Shown here piece after piece: positions 19,079 through 30,545 of a stretch of DNA of 32,000 nt. This DNA is from Paramicrosporidium saccamoebae KSL3. Lineage: Eukaryota > Fungi > Cryptomycota. The DNA lies in assembly GCA_002794465.1 (NCBI GenBank), contig MTSL01000065.1, forward strand, positions 140,450-172,449. The letters run 5' to 3'. The notes under the pieces are model-generated. The model saw only the letters and a program-made list of their open reading frames with translations, was not told where the DNA came from and searched no databases. How positions within the stretch are numbered: the first letter of the stretch is position 1; each line of letters opens with the position of its first letter. Made by a program: the position numbers and the translations under genes.

Positions 19079-19988
19079 TCACCGCTGCTTCTGTGTCTGC
19101 GTCTCCCTCAACAGGAACGAGATCCACACATCCGAAAGCCCCTGCTTTATGGCAGGCTGGATTTGTTCCCCTCTCACGCCCACTCGCTGCAGCTCTTCCG
19201 CTGTCATGCCGAGGGAACGCCCGAGGATCATCCAGACTTCGGTGTGAGGGATCTTTGGTGATGGGCCGAGGAGTGAAAGGAGCAATGATCGGATGTAACC
19301 CCTATGGTGTCAGAATATGGAAATACGTACTTGTCAATAGAACCATCCCGTCCCTCCTTGTTCTCGCCCTTGATCAGAGCGGATATTTCACCACGCAGCA
19401 TATTCACTATGATAAATTTAGTCTACAGCTTTAGTGTACCTTCTTCATTAAGCTGATCAATCAGACAGTTGCGGGAATTCAGATCCTTGCTCAGCTTGGC
19501 AACAATTTTACTTTCTTCGGGGCTAGCATCACAGACAGTCTTTTCCGCCAGTCGCTTTTCTAAATCCAAAACCTTTTTCCGCGCCTCTAAGAGTCCAACT
19601 GAAACTTCCTCTTGCACATCTACGTCGTTATAGTCTGTATTCAGTGTTTACTTGATTGCAGCATGACGAGGGCGGTCTGTAGATTGTTGTTCTTCTCAGT
19701 GAGCTCCTCGATACTTCCCTCCTGTCTCATGATAATCTCCTTTAATTTTTCATTCTCAGCATGAAGCTGCTCCACTATTAGCGCAAAGTCCGGCTCCTCC
19801 TCACGCTGCAGTTCGCGAATAATCTTGTCTCGCTCTGCGAGATTGGCCTCAAGCTCTTCGATGTTCTGCCGAGTCTTGACAGAATCTTCATTAATTTCAG
19901 CATCAAGTTGGAGCAGGAACGACTTTAGTCTCTCAACCTCATCGCGGTACTTGCTGAAATCCTCTGCGGGTGGAGCCGCCGTTGACAT
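19079..19988 (-). CDS. RUD3: GRAB-domain cis-golgin, Rud3/GMAP-210-like; three introns of 29-33 nt
   Basis: Coiled-coil exons (ORFs 19641-19988, 19423-19617) splice to IDKGYIRSLLLSLL...EVWMILGRSLGMTAEELQRVGV...GLSDVWISFLLRET, matching the GRAB + downstream motif (VDK..I.NLL.SF...FEVL.LL...L.W...AGL...LW..FL..E). Confidence 0.75.
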
Positions 19989-20012
19989 CTAAAAGAAAAA
20001 TAATTTCCATGA

Positions 20013-20084
20013 TGCGTTGGCCGGGAATCGAACCCGGATCCCATGCTTGGAAGGCATGGATGCTAACCATTATACCACCAACGC
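20013..20084 (-). tRNA. tRNA-Gly (anticodon TCC), intronless
   Basis: Reverse complement GCGTTGG TGGTATAATGGTTAGCATC CATGC-CTTCCAA-GCATG GGAT CCGGG-TTCGATT-CCCGG CCAACGC A: 7-bp acceptor stem, A and B boxes, and a T-run terminator at about 19992-20003. Confidence 0.98.
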
Positions 20085-20132
20085 TCTTATTAAAGGTGCA
20101 ATGGGTATCTAAATATAAATAAATTTGTTAAA

Positions 20133-22093
20133 ATGAACGGCTCGACCAAGACTGATACAGAGACCATCAGGCTACTCGACAACATCAACAATGAACTTCA
20201 AGCCTCAATCGAGAATCTCAATGCCATTCACCAATCGGCGAGGTCGCTTCAAGTCAAATCAAACCGCGTCAGCTCTGGTCTCGCCAACCGCCATGTAAAC
20301 ACTCCTTAGCACACTCATCATAGCAAGTCCATGCTGAGCTGCAAAGTGTACTGGACACTCTGCAGATTCCCGATTCTGTTTCCCGGTAATTATTCAGCGT
20401 CCCTGATTGAATAGTGTGATTAGGTCGGGAGTGGTGGACGTGGAATTTCAAGAAGCCGCGGCTGAGCTCGACACCCGAATGGGATTCGCATCCGATGCTC
20501 AGGCACAGGGCATCCGCTGTGCCGGCGAGACTCTGGTCTCTGGTGGCGAGCTGTTGCGCCAAGCATGCCACAAGACGGACCGGCACTTTACCGCTCGCCT
20601 GAACGGACTCGGCACAGAGATAGGAAACTTGGGCGCGTTGCAACAGTTGGTATTTATAAGGTTGGAGGGATTGTATGGAATCCTAGACAAGTATGACAAC
20701 CCAAAGGCGGGATCGTGGAGGAGAGGATATGTCCAGGCCGCACGGATATACTATTACCGGACATACAGAGACGCAGTGGAACAATTTAGTGTCAAGAAAT
20801 CAGTGCCGTTGCCCGCCACACCACTTATCGGCGAAACTAAATCCACAAATGGTATTAGATCACGAATAATGACCTAATATGTGTAGCACTATTTAGCAAG
20901 CTGAAAGACGTCTTTGGCGCTTCATCTGCACCAACACCCCAATCAAAGTCTCCCATTGAAGCTGTCGAGCAATCCGAGCTGGTGAGCCGACTCATTGCCA
21001 TATTACAGGTGCTATTCGACATGATTGAGAGGGAATGTCTGTTCGCGCGCAATTTCTTCAAGATCCGGTCGGAAGATACCAAGGCTTACTTGAAGGAAAT
21101 ATTTGTTCGTCCAATTGCGTCGTTCCATCGAAGAATGCAAGAGCAACTCATTGTGGCTGCGAATGTGAGCGAGGTGATGCAGCTATATGGTCGGATATGT
21201 GAACTGGACGCACGGGTAGACGAAAATGCCTATCTAGCAGGAACCTTTAAAATGTACAGGTCGTTTGTGTGCACCCGAATCGAGGTGCTCCTGATCAACC
21301 AAGTGAAGAGTCTTGACATGGCCATCAGTCAAGAGACTGCACAGACTAATATTTCTTTGGTTACTCGTCGCTTTGCAGACTTTTTGGTTGGGATTGTCGC
21401 CTCGGCGGGAAATTTCATCGATTCGACTGAATTAAAAGACAGGTACATTTGACGATAAATCAAACTGTTAGGTTGAGTCCGACACTACAATCGATGGAAA
21501 AGTATCTTAGCCAAGTCGCTGCTACCTCGATGAATGCGCGATCGCAGTCCATTTACATGATCAACAACTATGACTATCTCATGACGTTTTTCGAGGTAGC
21601 TGGAAGACATCTTTGTGACGTTTAGAGTTCATTGCAAAAACTCAAGGTTGGACAGGTGTTTTTGACCGACTTGATTCACGAGTATGACCAGAAACTCGAG
21701 CAAGTCGTAGGAATTTTTGTCACCGAAGAGCTTCGACCGTATTTTTCGCAGCTTTTCGAGTTTCTGGCTGCCGACGATCTAGGCCATCCCGTCGAGGATC
21801 CTGCCATCATGACGCCCATAATATCCGATTTCAATGGCCAGGTCTCAGTGCGGATAAAGGCGATTAACAATGCGGTGATTCAAGACTTTTCCGATTATCG
21901 CACGGCCATTTTTGTCGTCAATGTCATTTTTACCCAACTATTGACGGCCTACCAGCAATTCCTCGAAATCCATGACCAGCTCATTGGCAAGTGCGCCCAG
22001 CCAGAAGACGCGCCGCTACCCCTCAGTCCTTCCGAGGTGGAGCAGATCCTGCGTCACTTCCATCCGGCCTTTGCACCGGCTCGTCGTAAATAA
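20133..22093 (+). CDS. VPS52: GARP complex subunit Vps52/Sac2; five introns of 29-35 nt
   Basis: Spliced chain LLDNINNELQASIENLNAIHQSARSLQVKSNR...LDTLQIPDSVSRVIRSGVVD.EF...ELLRQACHK...LGALQQLVF...DMIERECLF...IYMINNYDYL...QDFSDYRTAI..IFTQLLTAYQQF follows the Vps52 layout. Confidence 0.85.
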
Positions 22094-22096
22094 AAT

Positions 22097-23152
22097 TTAT
22101 TGAGGCAATTGCCAGTCGATTGGTTTACGACCATGGCTTTGGAGATATTCGTTTGCTTTGCTGAAATGCTGACACCCAAAGAAGCCCCGTGAGGCGCTGA
22201 GCGGGGAGGGATGGACACCCGTCAGTACCAAATGCCGTTTTCGGTCGATCATGCTGGCCTTTTTTTGGGCATGATTTCCCCACAGGATAAATACGACATT
22301 CATGCGCTCCTTGCTAATGGCACGAATGACTGCATCCGTAAATTGCTCCCATCCTCGTCCAGAATGCGATGCCGGTTCGTGGGCTCGCACCGTCAGCGCC
22401 GTGTTCAGCAATAGCACGCCCCTCTGCGACCAGCTCGTCAAATCGCCATGTGCTGGTGGCACAAAAGAGACATCCTTGGCGAGTTCCTTGTAAATGTTAA
22501 GCAGACTTGGTGGGATGGCGGTTCCGCGAGGAACGGAGAAGCAGAGTCCCATGGCCTGCTTGAAATTGTGATATGGATCCTGGCCGATGATCACCACCTT
22601 GAGAGTGGAAAAGGCACATTGTGTCCAGGAGTAGATGAGAGGAGAGGGGGGAAACACTGTGTGACGACGTTGCTCCTCCAAAAGAAATTCTTTGAGACGA
22701 CGGAAGTAGGGCTTTGTAAGCTCTTGATGTAGAATTTTGATCCATTCGGCAGGCAATTGTTCAATCTCCAAGGCTAAAAATTCTTGTTCTTCGGGGGTGA
22801 GATTGATAGACACTACTGAAGTATCCGAGTTTAAAGTGTCTTTGAGAGGGGGGGTGGAATCCAGAGTGACGCTTTGGGGAGTAAAATTAAGAGTCTCGCT
22901 ATCTAAATCGGTGCTATTCACGCCTCCATTCACACGGTCATTCACCCCGCCGCTATTCCCACTACTGGTAGATTCTTTAGTGGAATCGAAAGTTTGAATT
23001 GGTATGGGTGAGGATATAATGTCTGCACCAGTCTGTTTCTGCACCTTTGAAAAATGCGCCAATATCGATGACTGCACCTTTCCCTTTTTCGCCGATCCCA
23101 TCTTGTCATTCTGTTCAGTAGGCCTCTTTCCATCATGGTTTGCAGTCGTCAT
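22097..23152 (-). CDS. UNG1: Family-1 uracil-DNA glycosylase with N-terminal PIP-box-like motif, intronless
   Basis: KVVIIGQDPYH, AMGLCFSV, PPSLLNIYKEL, GVLLLNTALTVRAHEPASH, VHPSPLSASRGF; N-terminal QSSILAHF resembles a PCNA-interacting box. Confidence 0.98.
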   Translation of the reverse strand: MTTANHDGKRPTEQNDKMGSAKKGKVQSSILAHFSKVQKQTGADIISSPIPIQTFDSTKESTSSGNSGGVNDRVNGGVNSTDLDSETLNFTPQSVTLDSTPPLKDTLNSDTSVVSINLTPEEQEFLALEIEQLPAEWIKILHQELTKPYFRRLKEFLLEEQRRHTVFPPSPLIYSWTQCAFSTLKVVIIGQDPYHNFKQAMGLCFSVPRGTAIPPSLLNIYKELAKDVSFVPPAHGDLTSWSQRGVLLLNTALTVRAHEPASHSGRGWEQFTDAVIRAISKERMNVVFILWGNHAQKKASMIDRKRHLVLTGVHPSPLSASRGFFGCQHFSKANEYLQSHGRKPIDWQLPQ

Positions 23153-23322
23153 GCCTGGATATCCTGATGTCTGGATTTATAATGCTTTCTATCCAGTTAT
23201 TTCAATATTTCAAAGGTGTACTACCCCAATATCGCAATAGCCTGACCAGGTCAAGTTTAAAACTTGGAAATGATTTTGTTCGTTTGAACCCTGGCTCGAT
23301 CTTCGTCTTTGACAGGCCCGAG

Positions 23323-26300
23323 ATGATGGCGTCTCCTGACTTGTCCTCTCTCTATTATCTGCTGACCAGCTCACTCAGCCAGCAGGAGCAGCTTCGTAAG
23401 GAAGCCGAGACGCAACTTGAACAGGTAGACGAGTGTGGCGACTAATATGGGTGTAGGCATCGACAGCGGCTGGGTTCAGTGTGGCGCTACTTCAGGTGGC
23501 AGCGGGTCAGAGCGGAGATGCGTCGGCCCGTCAGGCGGCAGCAGTCTATTTCAAGAATCTGGTGAACAAGCGCTATGATCCGTATGAGGAAGGCAAAGTC
23601 CCAGCGCTGAGTGACGAGGATAAGATCCAAATTAGGACGCTTGTGGTGAGAGCGGTGATGGAGTGTTCCCCCGTAGTCCGGCCGCAGCTGATCGCGGCAA
23701 CGCATAAAATAATCCGTGCAGATTTCCCAAAGCGATGGCCCAACTTGGTGGAGGAGCTGTATCCTCTGATCACCTGTGGTGAAGCAGAGCGAGTTATTTC
23801 AGCGTTGGCAATTTTCCACGAGGTAGTCTCCTGGCACGGCGGAACAGCCGTGGATGACACCCGCGAGCTGATCCACGGAAGAATGTTCCCAGTGCTTCTG
23901 TCCATTCTGCAGACCCAAATGGAGATGGCAGCCAAGCTCGACAAGGAGGCAGTTATTATTGTCAAATCCATTTTAAAGAGCTTCCACGCCGCCATCCAAT
24001 ACCGCTTCAGCACGCATTTGCTGTTAGGTGATGCTTTTAGCAATTGGTGCACAGCCGTGACGCACGTCATCCAACTCGCCCCACCGGCCGAGATTTTGGC
24101 ACTGAGCGGCGAGGAGACGGAGGCGCATATTTACTGGAAAATGAAGAAATGGGCGGTGCGGATCCACAACAAAATCTTTCAGCGTTATGGGTGCGCCAAA
24201 TTGGACTCGTTTAACAATCCCGACAATATGCCGTTTGCTAAATTCTATATGGAGCAGGTGGCACTTCCCGTCCTTGGCGTCTATTTGGGTCAGATTGAGC
24301 TGTCTCTGCAAGGAAAGAATCCCTTCAGTGAACGTATCTTCAGTCTGCTGACCGAGTTTTTGGAAAGTTGTATCCGTCACAAAAAGACATGGGAGGTGGT
24401 GCAGAAACACGCCATGGACTTGGTGACGCATTTCATGTTCCCACGCATCTGCTTCACTGAGGAGGACCAAGAGATGTGGGATGCGGATGGAGAGGAGTAT
24501 GTACGCACCAAACTCGATCCATTTGAAGAGATTTATTCGGCGCAGTCAGCCAGTATCAACTTTATCCTCGATCTGATCAAATGCCGCAAGAAGACAATGT
24601 TTGTTCCAGTCTTGCAATTTGTGAATCAGACCATGTCGGCCTCCACATCGGATGTTGCCTCCCAACGGCGTAAGGACGGTGCCCTCTTCATTATGGGATC
24701 TATTGCGACAGTGCTGATGGCGTCTGACTTTAAGAGCCAAATTGAGCCGGTGGTGGCTTCGTTTGTGATTCCCGAGCTGGCCAGTCCGCAGGGTTTCCTG
24801 CGCATGCGAGCCTGCTGGACGTTGGAGCAGTATGACGAGATGGAGTACAGTCAGACTGTGTGTATGAGTGCCCTTCAGGGGGTCCTTACCTGTCTGACTG
24901 ACAAGGAACTGCCCGTAAAGGTGGCAGCTACGGGTGCTCTTGGAGCGCTGCTGGATAATGACACGACGCAAAAGGCATTGCCTCCGTATTTGGGTAAAAT
25001 CATGGAATCGATCCTGGCGTTGGCGAATGAGATCCAACTAGACTCATTGTCGTTTGTGCTAGAACGTCTGGTGCAAATGTTTGCCGACGAGTTGGCGCCA
25101 TACTCTGTGCAGCTGTGCGTGCAACTGCGCGACACGGTGGCGCGTCATTTGGAGGGCTACCAGAACGTGCTGGACGTGGACGCAGCTGACGACAACTTTG
25201 GACAGAATGCGGACAAAATGATGGCAGTGGTGGGAATGTTCAAAGCCATTGAGACACTGATTGATTCGATGGGAAAGACCCCCGAGTTGGTCACTAAGAT
25301 GGAGGAAATTGTGTTGCCGCTATTAGCCATGGTCTTGGATCGTCGCATCATTGACGTGTATGAGGAGACCTTTGAGTTGATTGACTCGATTACCTTTTCA
25401 CGGAAACAGATTAGCCCGACATTGTGGACTCTGTTCCCCTATATCCATCGCGCCTTCCAAGACTGTGGAGCTGACTATATCCAGGACATGCAAACGACTC
25501 TTGATAACATCATCTCCTACGGCAGTGCCGCCTTGATGGCTAACCCTGAATATATGCGCATGCTCATGGACATTGTACGCACCACTATGACATCCGACGA
25601 GTTTAGCGAATACGATCGCGTCTACGGCTGTCGATTGATGGAATCGCTAATGCTGAACTGTCGCGGCCACGTGGATGCCGTCCTAGGCGAGTTTATTGCG
25701 GCAGTGGGCCCCACAATCTCTGATCCTGAAGAATGCTCGCAATCGGTGGTAGTGCATCATCTGGAAGTGATCATTAATGCATTGTATTACAATGCTGGAT
25801 TAGCATTGCAGCACTTGGAGCAACTGCAATTGACAGCACCCTTCTTCACCTTGTGGTTTAGCAAGGCGGAGCGCTTCTCCCGAGTCCACGACAAACGTCT
25901 TATTATTGTGGCATTGTCAACGCTCATGACGCTGCCTTTGGCGCATTTGCCGCCGTTCCTGCAGCAAAACTGGCGTTTCGTACTGCCCGTCTATCTGACT
26001 GCCATCCAAACTCTTCCCAAGGCGCTGGAGGAGCGACGCAAGCTGGAAGAGGAGGATCAATCGGCTGATGATTCGGAATATGACGAACTCAGTGACGGTG
26101 ACTATGACGAGATCAACGACGACGGACCCGGAGAGGCGGAAGAGGAGTTTGTGCCAGCAACCCGCAAGGTAGACGAGTACAATTACAATGACTACAGCGA
26201 CGACGAGTCCTATGAAGATGATCTGGAGGAGGAAGTGTTCTTTGAGACACCGTTGGATACGGTTGATGTATCTGCATTGGTGCAGCAATCGCTTGCCCAA

Positions 26301-26393
26301 CTTCAGACCCAACCCGAGTCATTCCAGCAACTGACCCAAGCCCTATCCTCGGAGCAGGCTGTCTTTTTACAATCTCTCCTATCTGCCCATTAA
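23323..26393 (+). CDS. NMD5: Importin-7/8-type karyopherin (Nmd5/Sxm1 family); intron 23425-23456
   Basis: IBN_N start (RKEAETQLEQ|..RQAAAVYFKN), WKMKKWA, RRKDGAL, FLRMRACW, ELPVKVAA.AL, acidic stretch and FFETPLD near the C-terminus. Nmd5 versus Sxm1 orthology not resolved. Confidence 0.88.
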
Positions 26394-26407
26394 TAAACTG
26401 CAAGATA

Positions 26408-26445
26408 GTTATTGGTAGCGTTAATGGTATTGGTAGTGTTAGTAA
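26408..26445. repeat. 18-nt imperfect tandem duplication just 3' of the importin stop
   Basis: gttattggtagcgttaat / ggtattggtagtgttagt. Confidence 0.55.
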
Positions 26446-26540
26446 TGTTGGAGCATTAGCAGTTGTCGGTGACTGAGATTGATGGTTGGAATCGTAGTCG
26501 TTATATCATTGGTATCACCTGTAGCACCTATGTATACTCA

Positions 26541-26660
26541 TATCAACTACACCATTTATACCCACTCTCACATCAACTACACCATTTATATCCACTCTCA
26601 TCACAGCTATATCGTTCAGATCCCACATAACATCAACTACACCATTTATATCCGCAATAC
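26541..26660. repeat. 30-nt tandem array, 4 in-register units (third unit diverged), between convergent NMD5 and RRP3
   Basis: tatcaactacaccatttatacccactctca / catcaactacaccatttatatccactctca / tcacagctatatcgttcagatcccacataa / catcaactacaccatttatatccgcaatac. Confidence 0.88.
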
Positions 26661-26672
26661 ATAGAAGTAGGT

Positions 26673-28066
26673 TTATTCAGCATATTCGGGGCGAGAATCA
26701 GCATCAACAGTCTTGCGCTTGGACCGGTCTTTGGCACTAGCCTCTTCCTCGCGGATCTGCTGCATGGCAATCCTCTGGGCCTCATAAACCCGCGCCTGTA
26801 ATAGACCCACAGCCTCTTTGGGAACATCATAGGCCGGTAGACGCTTTCCAATCAGCTGCTCAATGCGCTGATACCCCTCCACATCATATTGAGTGACCAT
26901 AGACACGGATTTTCCGGTCCGGCCTGCTCGAGCTGTGCGTCCCACTCGATGCACATAGTCCTTGGAGTTGGCAGGAATGTCGTAATTAAGGACACAATCT
27001 ACCGCAGGAATATCAAGGCCACGTGACGCCACGTCTGTAGCAATCATAATTCCCCGTTCACCGGCACGGAATTTGGCCAACGCGCCGATGCGTTGTGGCT
27101 GCGGCATTTGGCCATGCAGCGGCACTGCGGCAAAGCCCAAATTGCGCACCATAAGCGCCAGTCGTTGGGCTGTGGCGCAGGTGGCCACAAAGACAATCGT
27201 TGTCCTCCCCGCCATCTCATTTAACAGCCAAACCAAGTAACAGTCCTTCAGCTTAGCCGGTAGGAATACGTAATATTGCAACAACGTGTCCACTGTCGAA
27301 TACTTTGTGCTGACTTCTACTTTAACCGGATCCACCAATGACGCCCGTTGCAGTTTGGCTACTTTACTTGTCATTGTGGCCGAGAACAAGAACGTCCGAC
27401 GCGTTGTTGGTATTACCCGCAGGATTTTGTCAATTTCCGGCCCAAAGTCCATGTTCAGCAGACGATCTGCCTCATCAAGCACCAAAAAACGCAGTTTTTT
27501 CAAATTAAAGCCGCGTGTATTCTCCAAATGGTCCACCAGACGCCCCGGCGTTGCCACTATGACATGCGGTTTCTTTGACAGTGCAATCGCCTGCGCCATC
27601 ATATCCACTCCGCCTACTATTACTGCTGCCCGTACTCCTATCGTCGCACCCAACGCCTCTGTCTGTTCGGCAATCTGCATCGCCAACTCTCGTGTCGGTG
27701 CCAAGATGCACGCACTTAGCGGCTGAGGGTTTTCCAATAGTCCTTGCAGGATGGGCAGCGCAAATGCCGCCGTCTTTCCCGATCCCGTCTGTGCCAATCC
27801 AATAATATCGCGGTCTGCAACGTTAGTCATTCTCAAATGGTACTTTTCAGAGCAAACGGAATGGCTTCCGACTGGATCCGCGTCGGTCGGTGAAAGCCCA
27901 GCTGTTCACACGCAGTACACAGTGCTTCTGTGAGTCCCTATAAATCAGTTGCGCTGCATCCCGCCCTTACCAAAGATGCAAACGTCGCCGTTTCGGCCAC
28001 ATCAGCCGTCTCATTTTCGTTTCCTTCCAAAGTCATCTTGACCCCACCCCGGTCGCCCACTGCCAT
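26673..28066 (-). CDS. RRP3: DEAD-box RNA helicase Rrp3/DDX47 (SSU biogenesis); two introns (33 and 29 nt)
   Basis: TFASL|[26 protein letters not shown] (Q motif), [31 protein letters not shown], plus Rrp3-typical [27 protein letters not shown]. Confidence 0.96.
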
Positions 28067-28109
28067 TTTCAGTCTCCCCCTCCCTCCAATACAATTTGAC
28101 AATATTATT

Positions 28110-30545
28110 TTATTGGACGCAGAGCGCAGCAGGGTATTCTTCAGAAATAATCAGGGTCACAAGGGCGCTCCACCCAGTAAATGGATGAACGCCCTTGCCC
28201 TGGCCGTCCACATCGGCATACCGCTCCCAGATAAAGCCAGATTGCATATATTGCTATCGTGAGCCACACATCACCATCATAATACCTTTGTCATATTTGA
28301 GATAATGTTGGAGCGCAGTCGAGTGTAGATAGATGTGGCACGTTCGTGGTGGGGACAATTCTTCCCCATGTAGTTGAGCTTGAGACTTGCCAGTAGCAAA
28401 TAGTTAATGTTTATCCAGATCGGTCCTGTCCAGCGCTGATCGCCCTTCATATAGAAAGAGTCTGAGACGGACAGCGAGCGGATCCCGTAGCTACACTTTC
28501 CAGATAGTCAAAGTTAACTACCTGCTCCACAGCCGTGTCTCGTCCTCGATAATTTCAAAGAGGCTGTTAAGACGGACAGAGTCCGGTGGCACCAGTCCCA
28601 AGATGAGAGGAAATATGGCCACATATCCAATATGCTCCACAAACATAAAGTTGTCTACAATGCATGACATATCCCTCTAGGCCTACCTTCTTGATCAATG
28701 GTGCGATCCTGATAACAGCCAGCTCTTTCATTCCAATGGACGTTTTCAATGGCCCTCATTGCATCCTCTTCAATCTGTGCCAATGGAGCACCTGCGAGCC
28801 GAGTCCATGAAACATCTCCTGCCGTCCCTGTAATCTCTCGGAGACGTCTCAGTGTACGAGCAGCAAATGCCATCCAAGCAGCCAAATCCACATGAAGTTC
28901 GTACTCATTCGGGGTCGTTCCACGCGGATAATCCTCCAACCCCGAGGTCAGCGTGTAATGTTTGCTCCTACCCCTCCAGCGGTACAGACCTGCGGAAGAT
29001 TGTGCTTCCAAGGCAGGATGCAGATTTCCATGCTGGGTCCGTGTAAACCAGCGCAAATTTCGTTCAAAGTGTGGCAGTAAGAGGGTGATCGAGTCGCTTG
29101 TTTCTGGATCCTTGTTGAATGCCAAGACCAACTCATAAAGTGGCAGAAGAAGGCTCGGAGGATTGCCAAATTTCGGGTTCTGGGGCCAGTGATCAATGGG
29201 TACTTGGCCGCGCGCTTCTTCTCCAGCAATCTGCTCTCGCGCCATCCATCCATTTTGATCAATCCTTTCGGCCCAATTAGCAATAATGCGCAGAGAAATG
29301 TGTGGATTCCATTTTTGAATCACAAGGCTGTCGAATCCAGAATCCCACAGGAATCCACAAGGGGAAGTAGCCCTTGATGGAGTATCCGTCAATAGTTCAA
29401 AGGGCTCCGTCTCTTTCAGCCTTCGAATCCCATCGACCCATTCATACACAACTCCTCGGCCATAGGAATAACCAATTCCCCCTAAAAGATTGCTCAATGC
29501 GACCTTTGACATGTTCTTGGTATCCAAATCAATTTGCGGGACTGACAAGAATTCATCAAACCGGGATTCAAAGTCATTTAACAATGGCGACCGATTCCCC
29601 AGAGTTCTGAAATTTTCTAACCGCCCATCATATTCTATTTCCACTTTAAAAGGGCTATCAAAGACAAGTTGGGTTAAAAGCGCATTTGGGGCTGTCACCG
29701 TGCTCGGATTACATAACAAAAAGAGATTGGCAGGCGACAGATCCTTTTCGTGCTCAACCCGAGTGGCAGCGCATTGACCAAGCTCTGCACTTATAATTTC
29801 CTTCATTCTCCATTGGTTTGATGGTTCTACTATCATGGAGCTCTGTCGCATTGTCCTTGCATCAGGATAGCTAATCCTGAGAGTAAATTCGCCCGTATCG
29901 CTGGTCCAGCCGCGGAGAAGGGTCTCATGATTGTTATTACTCTTCGTGTTCATGGCATATTCTGCACCATTGTAGGCAGCATAGTGCATCCACGACACTT
30001 GCATGGAATTGTTCCTCTGCAAAGGTTCGCCAGTCACACTTACCCTCCAGGAATGCGCTATTAATGAGACAGACTATAGCGGATACCAGAAGTCTTGCGG
30101 TATATGATGGAAAGTGACAGATTGTTGTCAAAATCTTCCACAATCTCCCTCCCATACCGATCACCATCATGCTCAACCCACCTCCATCTCGTTGCATCAT
30201 GCACGCTACACTCGTGTCTAATCCCTACCTGTCACCCACCACCTCTCTTTTACGTTTGCAACTGGCAAAGTCTTGCGTCCCGAACCACATAATCCCCGTC
30301 AGCAACGAATTTGGGCGCGCCATCCTCATTCCAAAGTACAAATGGCTACGATAGGTGCCCCAGAGATACTGTTCGTCCCCCCGTATCTTCTTCAAGAGTC
30401 CACTTAGACTTGACATTGATGTGGATCGGAGATGGAGCCAACTCACCACAAAGAACACTGCCACAATCCCAACTACCATCAAGTACTTTTCAGGTGTGCG
30501 ACAATGAGTAGCATTCCCCAAAGTCTTTTGTTCTTTCTTGGCCAT
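28110..30545 (-). CDS. CWH41: ER mannosyl-oligosaccharide glucosidase I (GH63), type II membrane protein; five introns of 29-32 nt
   Basis: N-terminal TM, LWGTYRSHLYFGMR, IRHEC, HDG..YG, WMAREQIAGEEAR..VP, NPPSL, SGLEDYPR, HIGYVAIFPL, YGIRSLS, GPIWININY, GFIWERY...G.G.HPFTGWSALV. Several active-site motifs are atypical (see findings). Confidence 0.93.

Noticed and set aside
26541-26660. Repeat-spacer-repeat look of the 30-nt array suggesting CRISPR
   Set aside because: Eukaryotic context, abutting units, the 'spacer' is itself a diverged unit, and no cas genes.
27807-27835. In-frame ATG inside RRP3 intron 2 (and inside RPS23 intron 2) as further isoform switches
   Set aside because: They would remove essential domains (helicase Q motif, half of uS12). 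They show that in-frame intronic ATGs arise by chance, which tempers the PPE1/VDAC hypothesis.
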